From a virus (Duplodnaviria; Caudoviricetes), in the IMG/VR virus record IMGVR_UViG_3300048839_000639, positions 1 to 56,793 of that record: a stretch of DNA of 56,793 bases; one strand, written 5' to 3'. The notes below the pieces were generated by a model. The model saw only the letters and a program-made list of their open reading frames with translations. It was not told the DNA's origin and did no database searches. Position numbers and translations under genes: made by a program. Of the stretch, positions 36,259-45,772 are shown piece by piece (position 1 is the stretch's first letter; the number at the start of each line of letters is the position of its first letter).

Positions 36259-38486
36259 ACGACAGAGAGGCGGCAGATTTCGTTTATCGCATCCGGCCCT
36301 TTCTTGCCCAGTTGATGGGCGAGGCCGGCGTTTCTGGCGGCGGCGCCGGATCAGGCGGCGTTTACACCCCACTCACGCGCCAAATCTTCGCCGGCTCCGG
36401 CCTCACGCAATCCCGCACCGACCTTGCCGCCGACATGACCATCAATGCAGCCGTGGCAAATACCGGCGCAGTCGGCCTGACGGTTGAGGCCGACGCCATC
36501 CGGCTCACGTCATCGTCGAATCCAGGCGCTGCGGCTGTGGTGCTGGCGACCGATGCAAACGGCCACATGACGATTGTGAGGGCCACGGCCACCGAGCGCG
36601 TGCGAACGCCATTGATCGACACCGCTTCCGGCGCGCTCGCGATCAGTCCAGCCGGCGCGCTCACGCTCACCCCAGGCAATGGCGTGGTCAACCTGACCAC
36701 CGGCATTCTGCAATCGAGCAACTACGCATCGCAGACAACAGGCTTTGGCATCACCCACGCCGGCGCCGCTGACTTCCGCTACCTGTTTGTCGATGAGATG
36801 CACGCGAAGTCGTTCATCGCCGACTTGGAGCAGGCATTGGCCGGTGGTCAGATCATCTCTAAAAGCGTGGCGCTCATGGGCAAGGTGTTCACCGCGCCGG
36901 CAGCCGGCGCAACGGCCACCCTGTGGGTGCGCGACCTGCCCAGCGCGGCGAACATGGCCGCGTTTCAAAGTGGCGACATCGTGCGCGTGCGCACGTTCTT
37001 GCGCAGCGGCGGCAGCCTGAGCATTTCGGATTGTTGGGGGGTGGTCACGGCCTACGCTGACGGCACGGGCGCGGACGAAGGGTTGCAGTCGTGGACGTTC
37101 ACCCGATCCAGCGCGCCCAACGCCGGCGCGATGACCGCCGGCACGACTGTGCAGCCCGACGCGATTGTGCTGGACTACGGCACGAGCGGGAACGGCATTT
37201 ACGAGGTGAACGCCATTGATGGCGCATACGGCGCAAACTCGCCTTATGCGCAGATTGTGCAGTGGACGGGCCACCCTGCAACCGGCTCGGTTGTGCGCGC
37301 GCGATATGGCAAGCTGGACGGGTGGGGCGGGGGCTACGCCGGCACAAACACGTTCGGGATTGTGGCCGGCAATGTGTCCGCCACATGGATCGCAGCCGAG
37401 GCCACCAACGGCTTTCGGGTGATGAACGGCACAACGGTGCTCGGCCAGTGGGACACCGCCGGCAACATGCAGCTCGGCCAGGTGGCCGCGTCAAAGGCCA
37501 ACATCTATTTCGATGTGACCAGCGGCGAACTGCGTTTCCGCACCAACACCACGGCGTATTTCGTCGTGCGGTCTGATGGCCGGCTCGCATTTGCGCAGGG
37601 CGCTGCGGCGGCGAACTCGGTGAACTGGGAAATGTCGAACGGCGAAACCGTGTCGCAGGTCTTTGGCTACCGAGGCGGTGGACGGTCGTATGCAACCCTG
37701 ATTGCATACGGCTACAGCGGCGCGGCCGGCATCACCGAACTCATCGCCTACACGCCCAACAACTCAAGCGGCTTTGCGCGCCTGTGGCTGGACGGCAATG
37801 CCAAACAGATCATTGCCGACAACGTGATCGTCGCAAATGCCGGCGTCTCGGCCACGTCAGTGACGGCATCGGGCGACCTCACCGCCGCCGGCGCGGTGTA
37901 TGCGTCCAACTGGCTTCGCACCTACGGCGCGACGGGATGGTATTCGCAGGACTATGGCGGCGGCTGGCACATGTCAGACACCACATGGGTGCGCTCATAC
38001 AACGGCAAGGCCGTTTACACGTCCAACATCATGCGCGCCGACGGTGGCTTTCAGGCCAGCGGCACGGGCCAGACCGTCATCAACGGATCGGCGCAGCACG
38101 TCTCGCAGGGTGTCACCGGCTGGCTGTATGTGCAGACGGGCGTCATTACAGCCTATGACAACGTGGGCGTGCTGAATGGCTCCGCAGGCCGGACAACGGG
38201 GACATACACGATTGACCTGCAATCAGGCAACAACGGCTCGATGCCTGCCGGCGTCAAGGCGGTGGGCGTGCGCTTTAGTGCGGTGTGGGCGAACGCGGCC
38301 AACAACGGCGCAATGACCATGACCTACGGCGGCGTAACGCTCGGCGTGTGCCGCGCGCAGGTCAACAGCCGGTTTTCGGATGGGTATTGCGTGCTGCCAG
38401 CGGATGGCAATGGCGACATTTCCTTTTCGATTCTCAATGACAACTCCAGCGGCGTGGTGGTCGCGCTGTGCGGATACTTCATTTGA
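36255..38486 (+). CDS. Tail fibre / receptor-binding protein
   Basis: Gly/Thr-rich beta repeats; WLRTYGATGWY..DYGGGW.MSD..WVR.YNGK fibre motif. Confidence 0.8.
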   Translation: MNDREAADFVYRIRPFLAQLMGEAGVSGGGAGSGGVYTPLTRQIFAGSGLTQSRTDLAADMTINAAVANTGAVGLTVEADAIRLTSSSNPGAAAVVLATDANGHMTIVRATATERVRTPLIDTASGALAISPAGALTLTPGNGVVNLTTGILQSSNYASQTTGFGITHAGAADFRYLFVDEMHAKSFIADLEQALAGGQIISKSVALMGKVFTAPAAGATATLWVRDLPSAANMAAFQSGDIVRVRTFLRSGGSLSISDCWGVVTAYADGTGADEGLQSWTFTRSSAPNAGAMTAGTTVQPDAIVLDYGTSGNGIYEVNAIDGAYGANSPYAQIVQWTGHPATGSVVRARYGKLDGWGGGYAGTNTFGIVAGNVSATWIAAEATNGFRVMNGTTVLGQWDTAGNMQLGQVAASKANIYFDVTSGELRFRTNTTAYFVVRSDGRLAFAQGAAAANSVNWEMSNGETVSQVFGYRGGGRSYATLIAYGYSGAAGITELIAYTPNNSSGFARLWLDGNAKQIIADNVIVANAGVSATSVTASGDLTAAGAVYASNWLRTYGATGWYSQDYGGGWHMSDTTWVRSYNGKAVYTSNIMRADGGFQASGTGQTVINGSAQHVSQGVTGWLYVQTGVITAYDNVGVLNGSAGRTTGTYTIDLQSGNNGSMPAGVKAVGVRFSAVWANAANNGAMTMTYGGVTLGVCRAQVNSRFSDGYCVLPADGNGDISFSILNDNSSGVVVALCGYFI

Positions 38487-38887
38487 ACGGCAGTCTGATT
38501 CGCGGTACGATTACCGTCATGCTCATCGCCTTCCTCGTCTACCTGCTCACTTTCCACAACGTGGGGCCTCAAGAGGTCTGGCTGTTTTACTACAACCCTG
38601 CCGGCAGAATCACCATCACAAGCGAGCACTGCACGGCGACCGATCCGTGGACATCGCAGTGTTTCATCCCTGCCGGCGTCCAGACGGTCGAGTTGAAAGT
38701 ATCGGCGCCGTGTTCGCTCGACACGGTGCCGGTGCTGGTCAGCGAAGACTGGCGCGGCCCTCGGCGCAGCGTGCACTGGGAATACCTGCCCAACGCCGCG
38801 CCGTGCGTGCACCGGCAGATTTTCACAATGGTGTGGAACGACTACACACCAGGCGCAAAAGAGGACACGAAGGAATTAGAACCATGA
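38468..38887 (+). CDS. Exported Cys-containing hypothetical protein (start uncertain)
   Basis: N-terminal TM and 4 Cys. Confidence 0.55.
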   Translation: MRILHLNGSLIRGTITVMLIAFLVYLLTFHNVGPQEVWLFYYNPAGRITITSEHCTATDPWTSQCFIPAGVQTVELKVSAPCSLDTVPVLVSEDWRGPRRSVHWEYLPNAAPCVHRQIFTMVWNDYTPGAKEDTKELEP

Positions 38888-39114
38888 TTGAGAAAGCACA
38901 AGAGAAACTCGACACGCTGCGCCGGCAGCATTCGCAGCTCATGCGCGACATGGACGGCATGCAAGCCCAACTTGCCCAGTTGCAGGGGCGCATGAACGAG
39001 TGCGGCCAGTTGATTACCGCCGTTTCGGGCGGCATCGTGGCGCTTGAGCAACTGGTTGCGGAATGCGCGCCGGCGCCAGCGACTCAGCCGGTCGAAGAAG
39101 CGGCAGCGGGATAG
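38884..39114 (+). CDS. Small coiled-coil protein
   Basis: MIEKAQEKLDTLRRQH... heptads; ATGA overlap. Confidence 0.65.
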   Translation: MIEKAQEKLDTLRRQHSQLMRDMDGMQAQLAQLQGRMNECGQLITAVSGGIVALEQLVAECAPAPATQPVEEAAAG

Positions 39115-39120
39115 GGAAAA

Positions 39121-39152
39121 GGACTGGCCGCCGATCACTCGGCGGTCAGTCC
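39121..39152. terminator. Hairpin between convergent late and integrase transcripts
   Basis: GGACTGGCCGCCGA/TCGGCGGTCAGTCC. Confidence 0.55.
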
Positions 39153-39194
39153 TCAATAGCGGAAGCGACGGGTTTGGGATTCGCGTTTGGGGTC

Positions 39195-40673
39195 TTATCG
39201 CGCAGCCTGCACCAGCTCTTTGTAGGCGGCTTTCACGCGCCACTCGACGATGGCGCGCTCGTCAATGTCCACCACGACGCCGGCGAGAATGGTGAGAAGC
39301 GCGTTGTTGCGCTCTTTGGTGGACATCTCGGCCCACTGGCCGGCGAAGTCGATCAGGCTTTCGGCGGCCTGCGCAATGCTTGGGGCCGGCTGCGCCTCAA
39401 GATCGGCCATGTCGCGTTTGATGCGCGCCAGCTCGCGCAGGTAATCCGCCTCGGCCATGCCGCCGGCTTGAAACATGGTGCCCAGCCGCTTCATCTCGCC
39501 GCGCAGGTTGGCGGCCATCTGCGCGCGCTCGTCCTGCACGCTGACCGACTGCGACAGTTCGATTGCCTCGTCGATCACGTCCTCGGTGAGCTTGAGCGAG
39601 GCGATGAATTCATCCACCTGCGCCACCAGCACGCTTTCAGCCAGGTAGTGACGTTTGGCGGGGCAGGGGATGCCGCGTTCGTGGCTGCGGCAGATGTAAT
39701 AGGGTGACTCATGCCCCGATCCACCGGCCATGCCGCACGTCATGCGCTTGTCGCAGCCGGCGCACACGGCAAGGTCTTGCAGCAGGTATTGATGATGCGG
39801 CAGCGCAGCGCGGCCCGGTCGGGAACGGCCATGTGTGCGCATGGCGACCTGCAAGCGTTCGTGTTCGGCCCAGCTCATCAGCGGCTGGTGTGTGCCGTCA
39901 AAAAGCAGCGTCTCGTTCTTGCTGCGGCGTTTGGGCTTGCCGTCCGGCCCTTTGCCGGCCATGCCGCGATACACAATCTTGCCGGCGTAGAACGGATTGC
40001 GCAGCATCCCCAGCACGGTGTCCTTGCTGAAAGCGCGATTGTCGCGGGTGAGAATGCCGCGCGCCCTGAGTTCTTTGGCAATGTCGCCGGCTGAATACGT
40101 GCCGGTGAGCATCCTGTCCACCATCTCGCGCCAGATGGTGAATCGCGGTTCATCCGGCACATCCTCGCCGGCTTCGCGCTTGTAGCCGAACGGTGGGCGG
40201 GTGGCGTTCGACTTGCGCCGTGTGATCGCCTTCGACTTCTTGCGGCGCGCGATGTCCTCACTCAGGCGCTCGCGCTCGTGGGCGCCGATGACAATGCCGA
40301 GATTGCGCACCAGCCGGCCGCCGGCGCTGCGGTCGTGCTGCTGTGTGACGCTGATGACCGGCACACCGAGCCGGTCAAGCTCCTCAAGGATTGAAATGTC
40401 GGCGGCCGCGCGGCTGAATCGGTTGTAATCGTAGACGAGGATCGCCTGCCACCGCTGCCGCCCAGAACGGGCCATGAGCAGGAGGCGCTGAAACTGCTTG
40501 CGCTCGTGGGTGCCTCCGCTGATGGCCTCGTCCTTGAACGTCTCGATCACCGCCATGCCGTGCTCGGCGGCGTAGCGTGCAATGGTGTCGGCCTGTGAGG
40601 CGACGGTGTGGCCGTCGCGCTGCATCTCGCTTGAGTAGCGGATGTATTGCGCGGCGGGGATGAGGTCAGTCAT
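39195..40673 (-). CDS. int: Large serine recombinase (integrase)
   Basis: YIRYSS catalytic motif, SG...R, RFSR, PPFGY, NPFYAG, CAGC...C...C zinc ribbon and coiled coil. Confidence 0.95.
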   Translation of the reverse strand: MTDLIPAAQYIRYSSEMQRDGHTVASQADTIARYAAEHGMAVIETFKDEAISGGTHERKQFQRLLLMARSGRQRWQAILVYDYNRFSRAAADISILEELDRLGVPVISVTQQHDRSAGGRLVRNLGIVIGAHERERLSEDIARRKKSKAITRRKSNATRPPFGYKREAGEDVPDEPRFTIWREMVDRMLTGTYSAGDIAKELRARGILTRDNRAFSKDTVLGMLRNPFYAGKIVYRGMAGKGPDGKPKRRSKNETLLFDGTHQPLMSWAEHERLQVAMRTHGRSRPGRAALPHHQYLLQDLAVCAGCDKRMTCGMAGGSGHESPYYICRSHERGIPCPAKRHYLAESVLVAQVDEFIASLKLTEDVIDEAIELSQSVSVQDERAQMAANLRGEMKRLGTMFQAGGMAEADYLRELARIKRDMADLEAQPAPSIAQAAESLIDFAGQWAEMSTKERNNALLTILAGVVVDIDERAIVEWRVKAAYKELVQAAR

Positions 40674-40852
40674 GCCGGCACGGGTGCTCTGACCAGCTTC
40701 ACGCCCCTGCGGATGGCCGCCTGCGCGATGATTTGCGCCAGGGCGCGCCGGCTGTCGATGTCGTCATGGCTGTGCACGATGGCAATGCGTGCCACGTTCG
40801 GCGCGCGCTTGGGCCGGCTGTGCCGGCGAGGGTGGGGGAGTTTGGGGGTCAT
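40670..40852 (-). CDS. Small basic protein, candidate recombination directionality factor
   Basis: 60 aa, coupled to the int start; function inferred from position only. Confidence 0.45.
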   Translation of the reverse strand: MTPKLPHPRRHSRPKRAPNVARIAIVHSHDDIDSRRALAQIIAQAAIRRGVKLVRAPVPA

Positions 40853-41118
40853 GGTATGAACGGCTCCAGGCCGATAAGCGATTCTCGGATGAGATACAAA
40901 ACGTTTGTGCGCCGGCGCTTGAATCCCCTGACCACTGTTTCCCAGCTTTGCCCCGGCACACTCAAGAGACTGGTATGTGCACCGTTTCCGCGCCACCGCA
41001 CGCCGTAGTTGCTTGTAAAGCCGTTGTCGTCCGAGCCGATGTTGACAATCTCGCCGGTGCCGATGACGCGAGGCGGCGCACCATTTGATGGGATAAGTTC
41101 GATGGTCACTCGGATCAT
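40849..41118 (-). CDS. Hypothetical protein
   Basis: MIRVTIELIP...; coupled ORF. Confidence 0.7.
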   Translation of the reverse strand: MIRVTIELIPSNGAPPRVIGTGEIVNIGSDDNGFTSNYGVRWRGNGAHTSLLSVPGQSWETVVRGFKRRRTNVLYLIRESLIGLEPFIP

Positions 41119-41255
41119 TTGCCATCATCCTCCAACGCGCCGGCAATCCACCACAGCATCAGCAGGTGCAATCGCCGGCGCTGCAAAGCCGGCAGGACAA
41201 ACAGGCGCACAAGCGCGGCGCGTTGCTCCCTGCTGGCAATCCAAACTTCATTCAT
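41115..41255 (-). CDS. 46-aa hypothetical protein; not in ORF track
   Basis: ATGA-coupled at both ends; ends ALEDDGK like its upstream neighbour. Confidence 0.5.
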   Translation of the reverse strand: MNEVWIASREQRAALVRLFVLPALQRRRLHLLMLWWIAGALEDDGK

Positions 41256-41734
41256 TTGCCATCGTCCTCTAGCGCGCTCAGCCGCGCCTGCAACTCAGCA
41301 TTGGCTCGCGCCATGTCGTCACGCTCTCGCCCGATGCGCTCGATGTCGGCACGCAGGTTGGTGATAACCGCCTCTGCATCGTTGCGTTCGAGCAAGAGGA
41401 GCTTTGCTTCAGTCTTCAAGCCGGCAGTGTATTCGGCACGGTAATCCATGATGGCACGCAGCCGGCGCACCTCAGCGACCAGCGCCGGCACGTCTGCACG
41501 GGCAGCGGCGATGAAGGCGGCATCGGTAGTTGCGTTTGGCAACACGTCCATTTGCGCAAGACTCAACCCGCCCAGCGCATCCGGCCCGAACACTTGAGCT
41601 ACATAGCAATGGCCTTTTTTGCCTATCTGCCTTGATGCCTCCCACGGCCCCGGCGTCGCGGCATTCGCTCGCGCTTCGATGGCGTCCAGATCGAGCGCCG
41701 GCGTCGCGGTGTAGGTCTCTCGTTCTTCGCTCAT
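41252..41734 (-). CDS. Ead/Ea22-like phage protein
   Basis: LDAIEARANAATPGPW...DAAFIAAAR.DVPALVAEVRRLR. Confidence 0.75.
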   Translation of the reverse strand: MSEERETYTATPALDLDAIEARANAATPGPWEASRQIGKKGHCYVAQVFGPDALGGLSLAQMDVLPNATTDAAFIAAARADVPALVAEVRRLRAIMDYRAEYTAGLKTEAKLLLLERNDAEAVITNLRADIERIGRERDDMARANAELQARLSALEDDGK

Positions 41735-41748
41735 TAGCTTTTCTCCCC

Positions 41749-41780
41749 ATATGCACTATTAGAATGATTACAGCGCATAT
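41749..41780. other. Candidate tyrosine-recombinase core site (lox/dif-like)
   Basis: ATATGCACTATTA-GAATGA-TTACAGCGCATAT: 13-bp imperfect inverted arms (10/13) and 6-bp spacer. Confidence 0.45.
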
Positions 41781-41810
41781 AAATCAGACGATAGGTAGAC
41801 GATTCAGGCA

Positions 41811-42773
41811 TCAAGCCCCGTAGTCAATCGACTTCTCGGCGGCATTCTCCACGCGCTCGACTTCGTGCGCGTAGATCATGGTTGTGTCCACGCTGGCATG
41901 TCCCAACATGGCCTGCACGTTGCGGATGCTTTCGCCCCTGCGCAGCGCACTGGTGGCCGCGCTGTGCCGGATGCTGTGAGACGTTTTGTTGAGCGAGTAG
42001 ATGCCGGTCGCCTTGCGCGCTTCCAAGATCATCCGGCGCGCTGCCGACTGCGACCACCGGCCGCCCATGTTGCGCCGGCTGCCGCTGGTGAACAACGGCC
42101 CATCCGCCCCACCCCGTTCCTGCAACCAGTCCAGCAGGGCGTTCACCGCGTCGGGATGCGCGATCACGGCCACGTCATCAGCCTCGCGGTGACCCTTCAT
42201 CGTCTTGTAAAGCACGCGCTGGCCGCCTTCGGTGCCGATGTCGCCCAGGTCGGCGCGGTGCAGTTCGATGTCTCGCACGCCGCAGTAGGCGCGCAGCATC
42301 AGGTAACAGCGATCCCGCGCCGGCAGTCCCTTCGCGTAGTCCAGCAGCCGGCGCATCTCGGTATCGTCGAACGCCTGCCGCGAGTGGCGTTTATTGGCGC
42401 CGCGCCGTTTCGCGCCGTCCACGTCCTCGCCAGGATCGACAGGCGTGTAGCCGGCCTTGCGCGCCCACGCGGTGAAGGTCTTTGCGCCGGCCAGCCACAG
42501 GTTCACTGAGCCAGGTTTGTAGCCGTCGGTCAGCAGCGCGGCCTTCCAGCGGCGCATGGCGTCGGTCGTGATTTGCGCCTCGCCCACTGAGTGCAGGTAT
42601 TCCCGCAGCTTGCGCAGGCCGATGCGATACACGCGCGCGGTCGCGTCGCTCATCTCGTGGCCGGCGACTTTAAGCGCAAGGTCGGCATGCCACAGGTCAA
42701 TGAGCGCATCAGGCCCAGGCAATTGGATGATGTCCGAATGTCGGACGGTGGCTGTGACAAGTGCGGTGGTCAT
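41811..42773 (-). CDS. Tyrosine recombinase (XerC/D-like)
   Basis: CGVR..E, KG, HSIRH and LGHAS..TT.IY catalytic residues. Confidence 0.93.
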   Translation of the reverse strand: MTTALVTATVRHSDIIQLPGPDALIDLWHADLALKVAGHEMSDATARVYRIGLRKLREYLHSVGEAQITTDAMRRWKAALLTDGYKPGSVNLWLAGAKTFTAWARKAGYTPVDPGEDVDGAKRRGANKRHSRQAFDDTEMRRLLDYAKGLPARDRCYLMLRAYCGVRDIELHRADLGDIGTEGGQRVLYKTMKGHREADDVAVIAHPDAVNALLDWLQERGGADGPLFTSGSRRNMGGRWSQSAARRMILEARKATGIYSLNKTSHSIRHSAATSALRRGESIRNVQAMLGHASVDTTMIYAHEVERVENAAEKSIDYGA

Positions 42774-43411
42774 TTCGCCCCGATTGCGCGCAGCCCTTCG
42801 TCGCGCGCCACATTCAGCCGGCTCATGGCCTCATCTGATCCGCCGGCGTCAGGGTGTGCCGTGCGGGCCTTCCCGCGATATGCAATATGGATATGTGATG
42901 TGGCCGCTTGTTTGTCCATTTCGGCCAAATCGCTCGTCAAGCCCAACACCTGCCACCATGTTTGCTGTGCACCCGCGGGCGGCAATGCGGCGTAGCCGGT
43001 GAATGCGCGGTCGAGATTGCCCACGCCCCACCGATCCATGCCGCGCATGGCGTCTATGTGCATCGCAATCGCGTAGATGTTGTCTGCCACTGCATCCCAC
43101 TTGTCGCAGGCCAGCACAACCGGCTTGCCCTCAATTGCAAAGTAGCAGGCGGCGCCGGTGTCGTCCGGCTCCTTCTGCGCGCCGTAGGGCAACCCGTTCA
43201 ACTTGACGCGCAAATTGGTGCTCAGAACGATGCTGGCAGCGTGCAGGCGCTCAAGCTCTTGATCGAGTGCGCGCACCGCCTCGGCCACGGTCTTGCGGCG
43301 ATTCATCCGGTTGGCGCGGGATGAGAAGCGTGCGCGTTGTTGATCGCGTCGGGCTGTGCGCGGCCAGCCGGCCGGCCACGACAAGGGAAATGCTTGCTGT
43401 TGGTCGTTCAT
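42770..43411 (-). CDS. J-domain (DnaJ-like) phage protein
   Basis: FPLSWPAGWPRT N-domain; WWQVLG...AYR....HPDAGG. Confidence 0.88.
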   Translation of the reverse strand: MNDQQQAFPLSWPAGWPRTARRDQQRARFSSRANRMNRRKTVAEAVRALDQELERLHAASIVLSTNLRVKLNGLPYGAQKEPDDTGAACYFAIEGKPVVLACDKWDAVADNIYAIAMHIDAMRGMDRWGVGNLDRAFTGYAALPPAGAQQTWWQVLGLTSDLAEMDKQAATSHIHIAYRGKARTAHPDAGGSDEAMSRLNVARDEGLRAIGAK

Positions 43412-43635
43412 GGTTTCTCCGCTTGCTTTTCGTGCCAGCGCGCAACCCTCCACATGTCATCAAGCCGGCCGCGTTCTCGGCTTGTCGCTTCGTCGATCGC
43501 AATCATGAAGCGCAGCGCATTGGCTGAATCAATCCTCCCCTCCCCTTCCAGATAGGCTATTTGTTCCTTTGCGACATCCTGCGCGGCATTTAGTGCATTG
43601 ATTTGCTGCTGAATGCTTGTGGCTTTGTAATCCAT
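43408..43635 (-). CDS. Hypothetical protein
   Basis: GAGGAG SD; coupled stop. Confidence 0.6.
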   Translation of the reverse strand: MDYKATSIQQQINALNAAQDVAKEQIAYLEGEGRIDSANALRFMIAIDEATSRERGRLDDMWRVARWHEKQAEKP

Positions 43636-43649
43636 CTCCTCGTTTCTCC

Positions 43650-44711
43650 TCACCTCACCATCAGGGGCAGCTCTTCAAGCCGCGCCTTGATCCGGTTGTA
43701 TGCGTCCATCCCGTCGGGCGTGATTACCCGCCCGTCTTTGGCGAGCGCGATGTAGCCAAAGCGTTTCAACAGTGGCTCAATCTCATCGCGCACCCGTTCG
43801 CTTTCGATGCCTTCAAGCGAGGCGATAATCACGCGCTCGCCCACAGGCCGGCGCTCTTTCACCAGCACGGCCAGATACGCCAGGTCGTCATGTGTCAGGC
43901 CATTGCGTGACACGATGCCCAGGCCGAACATGACGCGCGCAAAACAGTCGTCCACGGTCTGGCCGGTGTCGGCAATCTCCTCGGCCACGTCACGGGCCAG
44001 CATGAACGCCCTGCGCGGCACGAGCCGCGATGCCTTCGCTACGAGCGGCACCGCCTCAGCCGGCAGGTCGGCGTGCTTGATCCTCACCATTTCCTCAATC
44101 TCGCTCTGGCTGTAACTGGTCAGCAGAATCTCGGTGCACCGGCTGCGGAAGGCGTCATCAAGCGAGCCCTGCTTGGTCGTGGCGAACATGAACAAGACAT
44201 TGCCCACCAGCGCCACGCGGCGAACGCCGGCGCGCGCAAGGATCACGCTTTTGTCGTTGGCTTCGAGCGCGGTCAAGAGCGCGTTCTGCACGCTCACGCC
44301 GAGCGTGTGCACCTCGTCGATGAACACCGCGCACGGTGGATACTCCACCATCGGCATGCCTGAGCGCGTGCCGGCCTTCTTCACCGGCAGGTCGCTGTCA
44401 ATCAGCAAGTCCTCAAGCGCATCGAACAATTGTTCACGGCTCTTGATGGCCGTGCCGTCGAGATGCAAAAACGGCAGGCCGAGCGCGGTGGCCGTGCGCT
44501 TTGCCATCGTGGTTTTGCCAAGCGACGGGCCGCCCACGAACAAAAACACGCGATCCATGCGCGGCGGGGTGTGAGACAACGCCACGCGCAGGCTGCGCTT
44601 GATCGAATACACCGCCGGCGTGTTACCGATGAAGCCGGCAAACGCCTCGTCTACGCGGCTGCGGATGTCAGTGCGTCCGCAAATGTCAGTGTTCTGTGTG
44701 TCCATGCTCAT
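43650..44711 (-). CDS. ruvB: RuvB-like Holliday-junction AAA+ ATPase
   Basis: FIG, GGPSLGKTT, FIDEVH, ATT..G.L..AFRSR, SR.VPR, GL...D..YL and IEP.L...G.I....GR..T span all RuvB domains. Confidence 0.88.
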   Translation of the reverse strand: MSMDTQNTDICGRTDIRSRVDEAFAGFIGNTPAVYSIKRSLRVALSHTPPRMDRVFLFVGGPSLGKTTMAKRTATALGLPFLHLDGTAIKSREQLFDALEDLLIDSDLPVKKAGTRSGMPMVEYPPCAVFIDEVHTLGVSVQNALLTALEANDKSVILARAGVRRVALVGNVLFMFATTKQGSLDDAFRSRCTEILLTSYSQSEIEEMVRIKHADLPAEAVPLVAKASRLVPRRAFMLARDVAEEIADTGQTVDDCFARVMFGLGIVSRNGLTHDDLAYLAVLVKERRPVGERVIIASLEGIESERVRDEIEPLLKRFGYIALAKDGRVITPDGMDAYNRIKARLEELPLMVR

Positions 44712-44980
44712 TCTCGGTATTCATCAGCCGGCAGATTCGGAAACAATGCCGTCGCTGCGCCCTTGCTGAGCTTGTCGCCGTTTCGGGCGACCATCTCCGC
44801 GCCGTGTTTGGGGCCTGCATACATGGGGTATCCGCCGGCGTAGGCAGCCCATTCCTTCGCCGGCATGACCTCGGCGGGATACGTTGCGTCGGGAATCAAC
44901 GCGACTGCAACAATGGCGGCGGGATACGTTCCATCGTCTGTCGATGTGCCGAAGTGAATGGCCTGGATGATGGTGTTCAA
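44708..44980 (-). CDS. Hypothetical protein
   Basis: Coupled ORF. Confidence 0.65.
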   Translation of the reverse strand: MNTIIQAIHFGTSTDDGTYPAAIVAVALIPDATYPAEVMPAKEWAAYAGGYPMYAGPKHGAEMVARNGDKLSKGAATALFPNLPADEYRE

Positions 44981-45303
44981 AACAATTTCTCCTGCTTTGC
45001 TTCTGGCTTGGCCGGCTCAGTCGGCGCCGGCGCAATTGTCAAGCGGTATCCCACCTGGCTATTCATCGCCTGCGGGTCCAAGTCCACCGGCTCGCTGGCC
45101 GCAACCACGTAGCCCACACGCTTGATGTAAGCCTTGAAAATCCCCATCTCCTTGCCGTCAGGCGCGGCATTGTGCCGCGTGATGGTGAGATGCCGCGTGC
45201 TCGCGTCGTAGGCCAGCATTGCGCCATGCTCAAGCGTGCGCGGCGACGCAATGGTGCCGGCGATCAAGCCGCGCAAAACGTATTCCAATGCCGTGCTGCT
45301 CAT
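44977..45303 (-). CDS. Hypothetical protein
   Basis: Coupled ORF. Confidence 0.65.
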   Translation of the reverse strand: MSSTALEYVLRGLIAGTIASPRTLEHGAMLAYDASTRHLTITRHNAAPDGKEMGIFKAYIKRVGYVVAASEPVDLDPQAMNSQVGYRLTIAPAPTEPAKPEAKQEKLF

Positions 45304-45663
45304 CTAAACCTCCTTGATTGCGACGCCGTAAAGCGCCAGCACCAGTTTCTTCTTCAAGAGATACACCGCTGTCCTCACGCCTTTGGCATCCTCGACAACG
45401 ATGTCGCCGGCAGTGTCTGCATACACAAAATCAGCGATGTAAACGCCGATCAAAACACCCTCGACACGAAGCGGATACTTCACCTGCCGGCGCAGGCCGC
45501 TAATGAGGCCGGCGCGCTCCATGATTCGCAGTTGCGCCCATCGGTCAAGCTCGCGCTCTGAATCGAACTTGCCATCGGGCGTTTCCACTCGCGTGTTGCG
45601 ATATTTGTTCTGCGCCTTCTCGCCGGTCATCTGCGCATACTGCCTGCTTGTGAGTTTCACCAT
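45304..45663 (-). CDS. DUF1064 PD-(D/E)XK nuclease-like protein
   Basis: NKY....DG.FDS..E...LRRQV...Y.ADFVY...VVEDAKG..T.VY.LKKKL. Confidence 0.88.
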   Translation of the reverse strand: MVKLTSRQYAQMTGEKAQNKYRNTRVETPDGKFDSERELDRWAQLRIMERAGLISGLRRQVKYPLRVEGVLIGVYIADFVYADTAGDIVVEDAKGVRTAVYLLKKKLVLALYGVAIKEV

Positions 45664-45772
45664 GATTTACAAACGAAGCCGGCTGCCGGTCATCCTGCCC
45701 TAGCCCCTGATCCGTGGGAGTGCAGGACGCCTGATGCTCGTTCGCCGGCCTCGTCGCGTCGTGACGGCGCTG

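Noticed and set aside
36255-39114. Tail-fibre shufflon driven by a recombinase
   Set aside because: A PilV/shufflon-like fibre motif is present, but I found no alternative inverted C-terminal cassettes or repeated crossover sites
39114-39200. attP of the serine integrase
   Set aside because: The location is plausible, but only a terminator-like hairpin and weak symmetry are visible; not supportable without host junctions
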